A stretch of 58,242 nucleotides of DNA from a virus (IMGVR_UViG_3300042557_001822:1-58242); one strand, 5' to 3'. Counted from the stretch's first letter, positions 10,055 to 20,347 are shown. Translations and numbers: made by a program. The notes: a model not told the origin generated them from the sequence alone.

Positions 10055-10431
10055 TATATAATCTCTCTTTCTGCTTGATTTAACCACGATATATTTTTTG
10101 AAGATAAGAACTGTAAATACATATTAAAAACCTTCTCATTCACTGCTCTAAACTTGTCGGATGGTCTGCAAACATTATCAACAATACTATAAGACTTATC
10201 GTCTAATCCAGATTTCAAAGGATTGAATAATTTATTTGCATTTGATATTTTAATAAAGTATTGAGTAGGATTATCTGTTTTTTGTATTCTTTTAGCAACA
10301 ACATCTTTGGTATCTATTTTTTTACGAGGATAATTATTATTATCAATAAAGTCTTCTGAGCCTGTCATGCAATAGTATTCTGTTGTAAGTTTATCGTTTT
10401 TCTCTTTTGGAGAGAATATAAAATCATCCAT
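10054..10431 (-). CDS. hypothetical protein, paralog of 11146-11556
   Basis: YYCMTGSEDFID...PR, FNP, DNVC, YLQFL..KNISWL. Confidence 0.7.
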   Translation of the reverse strand: MDDFIFSPKEKNDKLTTEYYCMTGSEDFIDNNNYPRKKIDTKDVVAKRIQKTDNPTQYFIKISNANKLFNPLKSGLDDKSYSIVDNVCRPSDKFRAVNEKVFNMYLQFLSSKNISWLNQAEREII

Positions 10432-10795
10432 TGTTTTTTTCTCCGGAATCTGGCGTTGTTTCATCTGCTTTAATACTTGAGTTAGACATACATTCTTCTA
10501 AAAATCCAAAGAAGCCTTTTATATATTCGTTATAGTCTTTAGTTGGAGGTACTGGAATGTGATAATTGTTTTTTGCTACTTCTTTAATTCCAACCGTTTT
10601 TCCTTCATCGTCTTGTTCATAAATGCTAGCTATAACATTAATAACAATTTCATGCCTACAGTCTATAAGCTTAGTAGTATCTTCTGAAATTATCTGAGCT
10701 AAGCTTTCTGTACTATTACCAGAATGTTGTTTATGAATTTGTTCTATAGATTCTATTATTTTATTTTTTTGTTCTTCTGTTAATTCTTCGTTCAT
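10424..10795 (-). CDS. hypothetical protein
   Basis: Operonic ORF. Confidence 0.6.
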   Translation of the reverse strand: MNEELTEEQKNKIIESIEQIHKQHSGNSTESLAQIISEDTTKLIDCRHEIVINVIASIYEQDDEGKTVGIKEVAKNNYHIPVPPTKDYNEYIKGFFGFLEECMSNSSIKADETTPDSGEKNNG

Positions 10796-10796
10796 G

Positions 10797-11141
10797 TCAT
10801 GTCCATTTTGTTTTTGGTTGTTTTTTAAGTCTTTTCATTCCTTTTGGAAGTGGTTTGTCTGGAATTTCTTCTTTGTATGAATTATGTTTAGCATGTAATG
10901 CTATTTTTTCATCTTCACTCATTTTATCTCTGTTTCTGTTGGCTAAATCGCCAATAGTTTTCAATTCAGAATCCATCTTTTTTACAGAGGTATTCTGTGT
11001 AATTACATCTTTTATATACAATCTTTGAGTATTTTTACTTTTACATTCAATACATTTTGGATTTTCTTGGTAATCTTTAATATAAAAGAATAATTCAAAT
11101 TCTGAATTACATTTTTCACATATATATGAATATGTTGGCAT
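10797..11141 (-). CDS. FmdB-family zinc ribbon protein
   Basis: MPTYSYICEKC...CIECKS. Confidence 0.8.
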   Translation of the reverse strand: MPTYSYICEKCNSEFELFFYIKDYQENPKCIECKSKNTQRLYIKDVITQNTSVKKMDSELKTIGDLANRNRDKMSEDEKIALHAKHNSYKEEIPDKPLPKGMKRLKKQPKTKWT

Positions 11142-11145
11142 TATA

Positions 11146-11556
11146 CTACTTGAGATCCCTAACAGCTTCTTTGAGCCATGATATATTTTTGGTAGTTAAA
11201 AATTTTATATATTTATCAAATGTATTTTTATTGACTTCAATAAATGACCATTCATTTTTACAAATATTATCTATAAAATTATATTGTCTTTTATTTTTAA
11301 TTGGAGACAACAGATTGATAGGATTATATAAATCAGAGTTTGGGCTACTTCTAATAAAATAAGAGAATTTAGGTTTATTATTTTGTGAAATAACCTTGGT
11401 TTTTTTATTTTGTATACATTTTGCAGCAATATTGGATGATGATACATTATTTACTCTAGGACTGCCATCTTCATCAATAAAATCTTCTGTTCCAATTAAG
11501 CAATAATACATCTCATCAGCAAAATTGTCATTTGGTTTGAAAATACAATTATCCAT
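11146..11556 (-). CDS. hypothetical protein, paralog of 10054-10431
   Basis: YYCLIGTEDFID...PR, YNP, DNIC, YIKFL..KNISWL. Confidence 0.7.
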   Translation of the reverse strand: MDNCIFKPNDNFADEMYYCLIGTEDFIDEDGSPRVNNVSSSNIAAKCIQNKKTKVISQNNKPKFSYFIRSSPNSDLYNPINLLSPIKNKRQYNFIDNICKNEWSFIEVNKNTFDKYIKFLTTKNISWLKEAVRDLK

Positions 11557-11560
11557 AAAA

Positions 11561-12154
11561 TTAATAATTCTGAGCTAAGAATTGTTTCCACTGGTCGTAA
11601 TATGTACTGTCTATAGTAGTCAATTCCTGATACCAAGGCAAGTACTCCACAGAATAATTAGGCTGTATAGGGGATTTTATCAACTGCATCCCAGCTTCTT
11701 TAGGCGTTCTATTTCCTTTTTTATGGTTACACGGTCTGCATGCAGTAACAATATTATTCCAATTAGTTGATAATTTTTTATCTTCTACAAATCTGCATTT
11801 CGGTATAATATGATCATATGTTAATTGAGAAGAGCACAAATGTTTTCCACAATATTGACAAGTATATTGGTCTCGAATAAATAAATTATGCCTAGAAAAA
11901 TTAATCTTTCTATTATATGGATTAAAATATTTAAGTGTTTTTGCTACTGATGGAACGCGATGTTTCTTATTCCCTGATCCCTGAATATATTTATTCTCAT
12001 AGTATTCTATAATTTCTATGCCATAGTTACTATTATTTTCATATCTAATAGACCAAACTATTGCTCTTTGCCAAGATATTATTCGTAATGGGCTATAGTC
12101 AGCGTTTAATAATAGACATTTACTGTTTTCTGCTTTGCTGCTCATAGTCATCAA
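11561..12154 (-). CDS. HNH endonuclease (McrA-like)
   Basis: LLLNADYSPL, RDQYTCQYCG, DHIIP, ACRPCNHKK. Confidence 0.88.
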   Translation of the reverse strand: MMTMSSKAENSKCLLLNADYSPLRIISWQRAIVWSIRYENNSNYGIEIIEYYENKYIQGSGNKKHRVPSVAKTLKYFNPYNRKINFSRHNLFIRDQYTCQYCGKHLCSSQLTYDHIIPKCRFVEDKKLSTNWNNIVTACRPCNHKKGNRTPKEAGMQLIKSPIQPNYSVEYLPWYQELTTIDSTYYDQWKQFLAQNY

Positions 12155-12854
12155 GTCTATATAATATTTTTGATATAATTGGATTTCTTACAATATCTGA
12201 TGCTTCTAATTTAGAATAACCTATACTTTCAACTCCGTTAAGAGCAGATATCATATCACTAAAACCACCTTGTAAATGTCTACTTAAATCTGACTGAGCA
12301 ACGTCACCAGTTAAAACCATTTTACTAGATTGTCCTGTTCTTGTTATCAACATTTTTAATTGTTCATATGATGCATTCTGGCATTCGTCAGCAACAATAA
12401 AAGCATTATGAAAATTACGACCTCTCATAAGTCCTAATGGAACTACCTCAACCTTATTATTTAATCTTAATGATGCATAATGTGCTGAGCTTATAAAATG
12501 TCCAATTTCATCTAGTATTGGTAATAGATAAGGATGTAGTTTTTCTTCTGCTGATCCTGGGAGATATCCCATTTTTTCTCCAGCTTCTAGTATTGGTCTT
12601 GTGATAATAATCTTTTTTACTTTTTCGTCTAAAAGATATTCAATAGCCATTCCAATAGCAATGTGAGTTTTACCGCTACCAGCCAATCCCTGACAAAACG
12701 TAATAGTATTTTCTGCAATAGTCCTTATGTATTCTTTTTGATTTTCTGTTCTTGGTTTTAATCGATTTCTATAAGCAGCTCCTTTGGGTTCCAAACTATT
12801 TGTTGCATCAATAATCTTGGTTTTTTTCTTTGAGTTTTTATTTGTTTTTCTCAA
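12120..12854 (-). CDS. phoH: PhoH family ATPase
   Basis: GLAGSGKT, MGYLPG, MRGRNF, DECQN, TGDVAQSDL, DIVRNP. Confidence 0.93.
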   Translation of the reverse strand: MRKTNKNSKKKTKIIDATNSLEPKGAAYRNRLKPRTENQKEYIRTIAENTITFCQGLAGSGKTHIAIGMAIEYLLDEKVKKIIITRPILEAGEKMGYLPGSAEEKLHPYLLPILDEIGHFISSAHYASLRLNNKVEVVPLGLMRGRNFHNAFIVADECQNASYEQLKMLITRTGQSSKMVLTGDVAQSDLSRHLQGGFSDMISALNGVESIGYSKLEASDIVRNPIISKILYRLDDYEQQSRKQ

Positions 12855-12900
12855 TGTGTGCCCTTTTCTTATATAAGGAGTATTAAAATACTACATTAAT

Positions 12901-12908
12901 AATACACC
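12901..12908 (-). promoter_or_regulatory. RGTGTAT motif upstream of phoH
   Basis: GGTGTATTATTAAT in the intergenic gap. Confidence 0.55.
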
Positions 12909-12935
12909 CTTATAGGGATAATGAGTAAATTGTTT

Positions 12936-15125
12936 CTATAGTAAACAAGCACCACCGGCACAACTTATTTCTTCAATTCCTAAAGTATTATCTTCGTTTT
13001 CTAATAACTGTGTATAATCTACTTTCTTAAAACCATTATACAAATCACAATAAATTTTCCAATTATAAACATCTTTCATACAATAGGTTAATCTCTTTGT
13101 GTCACCATCAAAATACTTTCCAGCGAAGTTTTTCATTTTTGTAATAAAAAGTAGTTTGTCTTGAGTATCGTTTTCTTTTGCTTGATTCATACTAACATAA
13201 TCACAAGCTGCCCATAAATTATTTCCAAATGCATTTAGTCCTAGTTCTATCAAACCAGAACACCATAGAGCAGCATCTCCGTACTCCTTAACTATTTCAC
13301 GACTAGTATAAACAGTAGTAAATGGAGCTTGTGGATAATCTTTATCTCCACTTTGTGGTATCAAACTAATTCCAGCAAAATATTTTCTATTATCATAAAT
13401 ATACTTTGTAACAGCATCCCATTCATCAGGCTTGACGGTTACCGTATTACTAACATTATGACTCAGATATTCTTGTGTGCATAATGATCTGTTTTTACCG
13501 CTTTGAACCCAATTTTTTTGAGTATCTTTAACAACAGATAGCATTTCTACAGCTGGTAATTGGTTTTTTAATTTAGCTCCGTCAGGGACTTCTATAGGAA
13601 ATTTTATAACTTCGTCAGTATTATTTGCTGACCACGAAGATTTCTCGCATGCTTGCGGGTTTAGTTTTTTAAAGTGCTGATATGGAGCTTCTAAAATATT
13701 AGCCTGTACATGTCGTATATATCGTTTAGCGTGATGTGGATGAATACCCGAACTGGTTCCAAGCATACTGCTGCTTGTTCCTTCTGGTTTTAAACATGTT
13801 ACTCTAGCAGCTTGGTTGATACCTATTCTTTTAGAAAGATCTTTGTTAGTTTCAACAGCAATTTTAGCACCAGCACGAAGAACCTTTTCTGAAAGAATCA
13901 GGTCGTGTTTTTCCATTGTTCCGGTCAAAGACACTCCTAGTAATGCTTCTCTTTCAAATATTCGACAGCTAGTATCTCCGAGATAATCTAGTTTAGTAAA
14001 TCCTGCTTGTAAAGTTCCAATAATAGCAGCAGCCCTACATCTCTCATAAAAATCATCTTCATCTTCTATTGATGAACAATTAATAGTTGAGAGATTGCAT
14101 CCTTGCCATCCGCTCTTTCCAGTTTCTTCATCCACAGGCCACATTCCAACTTCAACACAAGGATTGAATGTCATCTCTGTTGAATCGCTCCAGATAAATC
14201 CTGGTTCACCAAATTCTTTTACGCTTTCCATTAAGGTTTTGAACTCTTCAAATGTAGTATTATCTTTGAGCAATAGTGCTGAATTATTACTTCGTGCTCT
14301 TTGAGGATTGTCTAAGTACCAATTGCCTGTTTTTGCTTTTGCCATTTCTTCATCGTCATGGCTAAACAAAGCAAGACTGGCCGAGCGTCTAACTCCACCG
14401 CTCAATACAGCATCACTACTATGCATAACAATGTCATAAGCGTCAATTGGTCGTAGTTTCTTTTGACCATTAGCAACACAACGATCTAGCAGAGTTCTAA
14501 TTTTCTCTAGTCCATTTTGTAATGGCTCAAATCCAGGAGCCTTACCTACTCCACTCGCTAGTGACGATCCCTTTGGTCTAATATTTGAATAATCAAAAAC
14601 AACATAGGTATTTTTGTACATTTTAAATTCTTCAATAGGCTTACTAAAGTAAGAACTTAATAGAACACCAAGAGCATCGGACCATCCTTCGATACTGTCT
14701 TCTATTACATATTTAATTCCTTCATTATTATCAGGAACATCATGTTCTAGTGTTGGCAATTTTGCAACATGGTGTTTTTGAACACTGAACCCTGTTCCGC
14801 TACCACAAAGCAATAACCAAAAGCACTCTTGAAAAAACCTTAAACGGTCACAGTACGAACTTGTGCAGTTGTATATTTTTGCATGTCTTTTTAGGATAGG
14901 ATCGCCGCCAAACTGTAGGGCTCGTTGGCTTCCCAAAACCTTCTTCTTATACATCATATCATATGCCCAATCAATATCTTCTTTTACATCAGGATACTGG
15001 GTATGCATCATATTTTTGACACGATCAACAGCTTCCTTCCATGTTTCTCTACGATTCTTATCTTCTATCCAACGAGCATACTTACTAACAAATGTATAAT
15101 TTTGAAGTTCTTGAAGTGCCGACAT
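12936..15125 (-). CDS. nrdJ: class II (adenosylcobalamin-dependent) ribonucleotide reductase
   Basis: YNC, GSGTGFS, SGGVRRSA, NPCVE, GCNL, KPEGTSS, C-terminal CAGGAC. Confidence 0.9.
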   Translation of the reverse strand: MSALQELQNYTFVSKYARWIEDKNRRETWKEAVDRVKNMMHTQYPDVKEDIDWAYDMMYKKKVLGSQRALQFGGDPILKRHAKIYNCTSSYCDRLRFFQECFWLLLCGSGTGFSVQKHHVAKLPTLEHDVPDNNEGIKYVIEDSIEGWSDALGVLLSSYFSKPIEEFKMYKNTYVVFDYSNIRPKGSSLASGVGKAPGFEPLQNGLEKIRTLLDRCVANGQKKLRPIDAYDIVMHSSDAVLSGGVRRSASLALFSHDDEEMAKAKTGNWYLDNPQRARSNNSALLLKDNTTFEEFKTLMESVKEFGEPGFIWSDSTEMTFNPCVEVGMWPVDEETGKSGWQGCNLSTINCSSIEDEDDFYERCRAAAIIGTLQAGFTKLDYLGDTSCRIFEREALLGVSLTGTMEKHDLILSEKVLRAGAKIAVETNKDLSKRIGINQAARVTCLKPEGTSSSMLGTSSGIHPHHAKRYIRHVQANILEAPYQHFKKLNPQACEKSSWSANNTDEVIKFPIEVPDGAKLKNQLPAVEMLSVVKDTQKNWVQSGKNRSLCTQEYLSHNVSNTVTVKPDEWDAVTKYIYDNRKYFAGISLIPQSGDKDYPQAPFTTVYTSREIVKEYGDAALWCSGLIELGLNAFGNNLWAACDYVSMNQAKENDTQDKLLFITKMKNFAGKYFDGDTKRLTYCMKDVYNWKIYCDLYNGFKKVDYTQLLENEDNTLGIEEISCAGGACLL

Positions 15126-15126
15126 A

Positions 15127-15270
15127 TCATCTCCTATTGATTAGATTAAGTAGAGCTAGAATAACGGTAGTTTGAAAAGATAAGTTTATCATTAATGGAT
15201 CTTCAATATAAACTCTATTATAGAAATAATAAACTAAACTACCATAAAATATTGTTGTTGATAAGTTCAT
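15127..15270 (-). CDS. small membrane protein, 47 aa
   Basis: Manual translation MNLSTTIFYGSLVYYFY...VILALLNLINRR; TAATG coupling to the deaminase stop. Confidence 0.5.
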   Translation of the reverse strand: MNLSTTIFYGSLVYYFYNRVYIEDPLMINLSFQTTVILALLNLINRR

Positions 15271-15758
15271 TATACACCAGGTATATGTCTCAGCCAATCA
15301 AAGTTTGGCTTTATGTAACTAATGTTCATTTTGCTCATATTGACAAAAGAGTCAAAATGTTTTTTTTCTTTTTCGTCAAATAAATGAGTACCATGATCAT
15401 CCATCATTATAACACTAGAGACCCCTTCCTGCCACAATGCCATGATACAATCATTACAGCACTGACCAGTAACATAAGCTATGCCATTATCTGGCCTAAC
15501 AACACAATTACTCAATGCATTTCTTTCTGCATGTATCATCCATGGATATTTTTCTGGACGAGTGTTTGGCAATAAATTATCATACAGTCCTCTTGCGAAT
15601 CCATTATACCCTACGCCTAGTATTCTATTATTTTTATCGGTAATTACACAGCCATGCTGTGTTTGAGAGTCGTGACTGCGTTGAGAAATGACTTTTGCTA
15701 AACCTAAAAAATAGTCTGTCCACGATGGTCTAGAATGTACTTTTGTGTTCATAGACAT
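15270..15758 (-). CDS. dCMP deaminase (ComEB-like)
   Basis: RPSWTDYF, GYNG, HAERNA, CNDC. Confidence 0.9.
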   Translation of the reverse strand: MSMNTKVHSRPSWTDYFLGLAKVISQRSHDSQTQHGCVITDKNNRILGVGYNGFARGLYDNLLPNTRPEKYPWMIHAERNALSNCVVRPDNGIAYVTGQCCNDCIMALWQEGVSSVIMMDDHGTHLFDEKEKKHFDSFVNMSKMNISYIKPNFDWLRHIPGV

Positions 15759-15786
15759 ATCATAATAGAAACTATCATTTAGTCAA
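15759..15786 (-). promoter_or_regulatory. sigma70-like promoter, possibly leaderless
   Basis: TTGACT-N16-TATGAT; ATG at 15752 lies about 6 nt downstream of the -10. Confidence 0.5.
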
Positions 15787-15824
15787 ATGTCTTTTTTACT
15801 ATGTGATACGTTATTATTACGTAT

Positions 15825-16082
15825 TCAGATTTTTGTTTTTGTTTGTAGTTTATTATACAAGATCAGGGTTAGTATTGCTCCGGCCACACCCATGAACAAG
15901 CCTGCTGGAGATAAAGATTCATACTTACCTATCATATATAACAAGGCCCCTCCCATATATGATCCAGCAACACCAAGAGCTACTGTTTTAATAAACCCAA
16001 AATTTTCTTCTCCTGGAACTATGCTTTTAGCTATACTTCCAACAAATAAGCCATACACGGACCATATTAATAAATTAAACAT
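15825..16082 (-). CDS. GlsB/YeaQ/YmgE (transglycosylase-associated) membrane protein
   Basis: GLFVGSIAKSIVPG...LGVAGSYMGG...GVAGAILTL. Confidence 0.8.
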   Translation of the reverse strand: MFNLLIWSVYGLFVGSIAKSIVPGEENFGFIKTVALGVAGSYMGGALLYMIGKYESLSPAGLFMGVAGAILTLILYNKLQTKTKI

Positions 16083-16470
16083 TTGCTGCCTCCACTAGTG
16101 TTGAAACTTCATCGTCCGTGACAACCTCTCCTACGTCTAATAATGCCTCAGTCAATTTGATACTATATTTATGATATTGTTCAGAATCTAGCTCTCTTCT
16201 TAAGATTTTTTTGATTCGTAGTCTTGTGAACCATCCTCTTTTAATACTATAAGATTTTATACTTTCTCCATAGAGCGAGCATTTGTCTTGACTAGTCATA
16301 TTATCAGCTTTATTTTTATTACATTCTTGCAAAACTCTTATAACTGTTAATATAATACTAATCATCATTAATATTGCTATAACACTTCCAAATTTTTCAT
16401 CATTAGGAATATGTGCTCTTTTTAAAACTTTTTCAGCTATCTCTCTTAATTTTTTATTTTCATTTTCCAT
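16075..16470 (-). CDS. single-TM hypothetical protein
   Basis: VIAILMMISIILTVI. Confidence 0.65.
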   Translation of the reverse strand: MENENKKLREIAEKVLKRAHIPNDEKFGSVIAILMMISIILTVIRVLQECNKNKADNMTSQDKCSLYGESIKSYSIKRGWFTRLRIKKILRRELDSEQYHKYSIKLTEALLDVGEVVTDDEVSTLVEAANV

Positions 16471-16808
16471 TATTTTATAACCTTATTTGATGGTGCGGGA
16501 CAACCACCATTTGGACAATCTTGTTTCATGACGGCAGGAGGATGGACAACAACCTTTTGTGGTATTTGTTTTTTATCTGGCTCGCAATATCCACAATCAA
16601 CTTTTTTAATACCATCTCCGCTAATATAGAATCCTTTACCTTTACATATTGGACAATCTTTACGTTTATATTTTTTTTCTATTTCAGTATGCTGGGCTTT
16701 TATTATGCCCCCAGATAGTACCACAGCAGAAACTGTAGAACCATTATATTTATATGCTCCAGCTGTTACTACGGATGCTATTAGCATTAAGCCAAGAATT
16801 TTATTCAT
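16470..16808 (-). CDS. exported Cys-rich protein
   Basis: Signal-like N-terminus; CPICKGKG...CGYC; CPNGGC. Confidence 0.65.
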   Translation of the reverse strand: MNKILGLMLIASVVTAGAYKYNGSTVSAVVLSGGIIKAQHTEIEKKYKRKDCPICKGKGFYISGDGIKKVDCGYCEPDKKQIPQKVVVHPPAVMKQDCPNGGCPAPSNKVIK

Positions 16809-16995
16809 TTTTTGTTCTCCACGGAACAGGTATCAAGTCTATTATATTTTTCAACGGTCGAGGTCTATTTGGAATTGGTTTTGGTATTTCTATATCGTCT
16901 ATAGATTTAGGAGCAAAAATTTTTAATAAGCCTAAAATAAAATTAGTCATTATACTAATTAATCTATTTAGTGCTATTCTATCTAAAAGTTTCAT
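16801..16995 (-). CDS. small hypothetical protein
   Basis: AGGAG SD; hydrophobic N-terminal half. Confidence 0.6.
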   Translation of the reverse strand: MKLLDRIALNRLISIMTNFILGLLKIFAPKSIDDIEIPKPIPNRPRPLKNIIDLIPVPWRTKNE

Positions 16996-17028
16996 TGTAT
17001 CATATCTCCTAAAATAGTTATATTCATA

Positions 17029-18060
17029 TTATGTCCTGCCATATCCAATATTACCGGTTTTATAAATATGAGGCCTATTGACTGTGCTAGTGGAAGAAGT
17101 TATATCAGCATTATCGTTATTATCCGCGTAGTACCAGCTTGCATTATCAAAGTCTCCAAATCCTGGCCATCCTTCAGGATAATCTCCAGTACCGGAATAA
17201 ACATTATAATTATCATTTACTTGAATAAAATACGGATAGTCTCCGTTATCAAAACTTTGAAGATTAAATATTATTCTTGGATATGAATCACCGCCATCTT
17301 TACTAAAGAATGAATTATATCCATTACCGGGATTAGCTAAATAATATATGCCATTAGCTTGTGGATAAGTTGTGGATCCTTCAATAACAACAACAGGTAC
17401 TGTTTTCATTAAAATCTTCATAACTGGAGCAGTCCCACCACCTCCACCAGAACAAATTGTAGTTGTGTTATAATAAGAAGAGGTTGGTGCTGTAGTTCCA
17501 CCGCCTCCTCCTAAAACGTACCATGACGAAAAATTATCATATATTGTTACTGGGTGAAAATTTACGCTACCACTATCACACTGATATATGGCTGTGTTTG
17601 TGGCAATATTATATATTGCATATCTACCAGATGAATAAGAAGCTATTCGATATAAGGAATTTGAGTGAGTCCATATTTCACTCTCGGTTCTGGTATAAGT
17701 TCCGTTTGCATTGGCAATATCAGCACCAGCTACTACAATAGTACCAAATACATAGTTAGAATAAGAATCTATAGTGTTATAACTATCAGCATTAAAGCTT
17801 TTAATAGTTGGACTAGTTCCATTAACCACTTGCCAACTAGTGTCATTTGTAGGATCAACAGCAGCAGACGCTGCTGGTAGTCTGTAATACACAACCGGAG
17901 AGCCGGAATTATAATATAAATTCCAATAACCACCTGAGTAGCTTATATAATAATTAGAATTTTTTTCATTATAAAATTCATCTAATACATTATTTGTATA
18001 AAAACCATTGGCTGGATTTGTTCCGCCACAGGTAACAAAAATTCTGAGTGGCATTGACAT
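17029..18060 (-). CDS. Tyr/Asn/Ser/Gly-rich three-repeat protein (virion or adhesin-like)
   Basis: Three V-x-G...ANGxY repeats; GGGGG linkers. Confidence 0.65.
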   Translation of the reverse strand: MSMPLRIFVTCGGTNPANGFYTNNVLDEFYNEKNSNYYISYSGGYWNLYYNSGSPVVYYRLPAASAAVDPTNDTSWQVVNGTSPTIKSFNADSYNTIDSYSNYVFGTIVVAGADIANANGTYTRTESEIWTHSNSLYRIASYSSGRYAIYNIATNTAIYQCDSGSVNFHPVTIYDNFSSWYVLGGGGGTTAPTSSYYNTTTICSGGGGGTAPVMKILMKTVPVVVIEGSTTYPQANGIYYLANPGNGYNSFFSKDGGDSYPRIIFNLQSFDNGDYPYFIQVNDNYNVYSGTGDYPEGWPGFGDFDNASWYYADNNDNADITSSTSTVNRPHIYKTGNIGYGRT

Positions 18061-18986
18061 TATAGATACTCCTCGAATCCGTAAGAAGGTAATTTTTGTA
18101 AAGGAAAACCATCAAAATTACTAAAAGCGTAACTGCCATTAGCCGCTAACATACCAGCAGCAACTTCTGCACGAATTAAAAATGATCCATCAGGAATAGA
18201 GCCCCATTCTGGATGACCACCATCATTCCATTTGCCCCAACTATTCTGAACAAGGAATAATGGTTCGCTACCAGTATCATCACATGCTATCCAGGCCATA
18301 GCGTGGGCCCAATTACCACTAACGTTAGCAATGCCCTTTTTATCTCTTTTGTTACTAAATCCATAATTAGAACATACTGCTAATCCATAACCATTTGCAA
18401 GAGCATCTCTGGCTTCTTCTATTGTTCGTACCAAACTAACAGTTTTAATTTGATGATCATTAGCAGCGTCAATTACAGGATCAGGTAATCCTCTTCCTCC
18501 CCAACCGGCTCCTAAATTGCCATTGTATTTAGTAAAGTCTGCTACTCCCTTGTAGTTTTTACGTAATAGTATTCCACCATTCTTACTAACAAATTCAGCA
18601 GCTCGTGAGCAACTCATTCCTTGTCCACCATGACCTCTGGCCCCATAAATTGCTTCTGTTGCTCCTCTTGCTATCCATGATTCTCTTTCGTTATGAACAT
18701 CTATTTCTACTGCTCGGCTAACATCACAAGCATTTCGTGTTGCATGACTAACACAATCTCCAGTAGTTTGTCTTTCATTATAAGGATTCTTATCAAATTT
18801 CAATACGCTTTTGTATGGAGTTGATAATTTACCCTTACCACTAGTTTTAATTTTTTTATTAGCGTCACCAAATAATGGATATTTACTAACTTCCATTAAA
18901 TGATTAAATACGTGCTCTTCCCAAAGACAACCGCTAAAACCCTTACGATAGTTATTATATAATTCTTGTGGAGATAATCTTGACAT
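18060..18986 (-). CDS. papain-like cysteine peptidase (C1)
   Basis: QTTGDCVSHA, HAM, QNSWG. Confidence 0.85.
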   Translation of the reverse strand: MSRLSPQELYNNYRKGFSGCLWEEHVFNHLMEVSKYPLFGDANKKIKTSGKGKLSTPYKSVLKFDKNPYNERQTTGDCVSHATRNACDVSRAVEIDVHNERESWIARGATEAIYGARGHGGQGMSCSRAAEFVSKNGGILLRKNYKGVADFTKYNGNLGAGWGGRGLPDPVIDAANDHQIKTVSLVRTIEEARDALANGYGLAVCSNYGFSNKRDKKGIANVSGNWAHAMAWIACDDTGSEPLFLVQNSWGKWNDGGHPEWGSIPDGSFLIRAEVAAGMLAANGSYAFSNFDGFPLQKLPSYGFEEYL

Positions 18987-19483
18987 TATTTACTTCCCTC
19001 ATTACACGCCCAGGATAAAGCCTTAAAACCATCAACAGCTTTTTCTCTAAGGTCTTGATTTAAAAGAACTTGATCGTCTCCAATAACAGCTTTGACTAAT
19101 GCCTCGTTGGCTTCTGGTAGATCTGGATACTTTCCTCTTATGTCCAACCTTAGCATCAAACCAGATAATCTATTAGCTTGTCTAATATCTTCTGTAGTTT
19201 TAATAACTTCATTTTCTTTATCTAAACTGATTAAAGTAGCTATATCATTATACAAAGAAGCTAATCTTTTTCCGTCTACTTTTCTATCTGAACTAACGGA
19301 CAAAGATTTTACTACATCATTAGCCATAGGAAGTAATTCTTCTGATGGTTTTACTAAATCAAGATTCTCAGACGGAACGGATGGGTTTCTATTTGGTAAA
19401 CCCCAAGAACTAATATCGGGTTTAAAAATTCCAATAGATATTAGTAATAAAGCAACGCCTAACAATATATTTTTAGTATTCAT
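18986..19483 (-). CDS. N-terminally membrane-anchored hypothetical protein
   Basis: ILLGVALLLISIGIF. Confidence 0.65.
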   Translation of the reverse strand: MNTKNILLGVALLLISIGIFKPDISSWGLPNRNPSVPSENLDLVKPSEELLPMANDVVKSLSVSSDRKVDGKRLASLYNDIATLISLDKENEVIKTTEDIRQANRLSGLMLRLDIRGKYPDLPEANEALVKAVIGDDQVLLNQDLREKAVDGFKALSWACNEGSK

Positions 19484-19863
19484 TTAACTTCCTCTTTCTT
19501 AACTTCTTTACTGCAAACAACAGGACTGAGATATGGGAACATTTGATCGGCCACCTTAATAGCTTCACCACATCCACATTCAACAGCTAAGTCTCGTGTT
19601 TGCTTCCATGAAACTACTAATTTAAAAAACATATCTTCTTTTGAGACTACAGCAGGCTTTACTACTGGAACAACTACTGGAACAGTTGTATTTGATGAAC
19701 TGCTGCTCCTTACCTTTTCTATTAATGATGAGATAAATTGTTGTACTGGACTAAGTCTGTCCTTGAATAGTACCCATAGAATTAATCCGGCCCCAGCATA
19801 TAGAGCAATATCTGTGCCGCTTAGTTTGCTAGCAAATTGATCAAAACTCTCTGTGTAATTCAT
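19480..19863 (-). CDS. membrane hypothetical protein
   Basis: IALYAGAGLILWVLF. Confidence 0.65.
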   Translation of the reverse strand: MNYTESFDQFASKLSGTDIALYAGAGLILWVLFKDRLSPVQQFISSLIEKVRSSSSSNTTVPVVVPVVKPAVVSKEDMFFKLVVSWKQTRDLAVECGCGEAIKVADQMFPYLSPVVCSKEVKKEEVK

Positions 19864-20300
19864 TTCGTTTTCCTCGTTCTTTTAACTTTGGGTTTAATTG
19901 ATTGTGAAACAACTGGTACTTTTGGTTGAAAAACTCCAACCTGTCTAAAAGTAGTAACCATAGCATCAATACTTGAACTTACTAATGCCATCAAGAATAT
20001 TTTAATATATTTACCAATAATAATTTGCATAAAACTTGGCACCATAGGAATATCTACAACAACAAAAACACTATCATAAAATTTAGATAGATAATCCATA
20101 GCCATAGCTTTTTTATCAGATCCTGGTAAATCTCCAGAATTTTTTTCAAGAACTTGAACAGTTTCAGCAACAGCAAGTTGCAAAACTTTCCACGCCTGGG
20201 TTATAGCAACAGACTTTACATCTCCCAACGATATTTTAACTTGATTGATTAAATTATCTATTTGTATTTTTATAGAGTCTAGTGACGCAGCATCTGGCAT
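19860..20300 (-). CDS. hypothetical protein, basic C-terminus
   Basis: Operonic; preceded by GGTGTAT motif. Confidence 0.6.
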   Translation of the reverse strand: MPDAASLDSIKIQIDNLINQVKISLGDVKSVAITQAWKVLQLAVAETVQVLEKNSGDLPGSDKKAMAMDYLSKFYDSVFVVVDIPMVPSFMQIIIGKYIKIFLMALVSSSIDAMVTTFRQVGVFQPKVPVVSQSIKPKVKRTRKTK

Positions 20301-20330
20301 AAAATGATACCTTTCATTAAAAATATCCTA

Positions 20331-20347
20331 TATATAGTATATACACC
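20331..20347 (-). promoter_or_regulatory. RGTGTAT motif
   Basis: GGTGTATATACTATATA upstream of 20300. Confidence 0.6.

Noticed and set aside
710-15125. Inteins or introns in dnaE, dnaB, recA, nrdJ
   Set aside because: No extra length or splice motifs; the HNH genes are free-standing.
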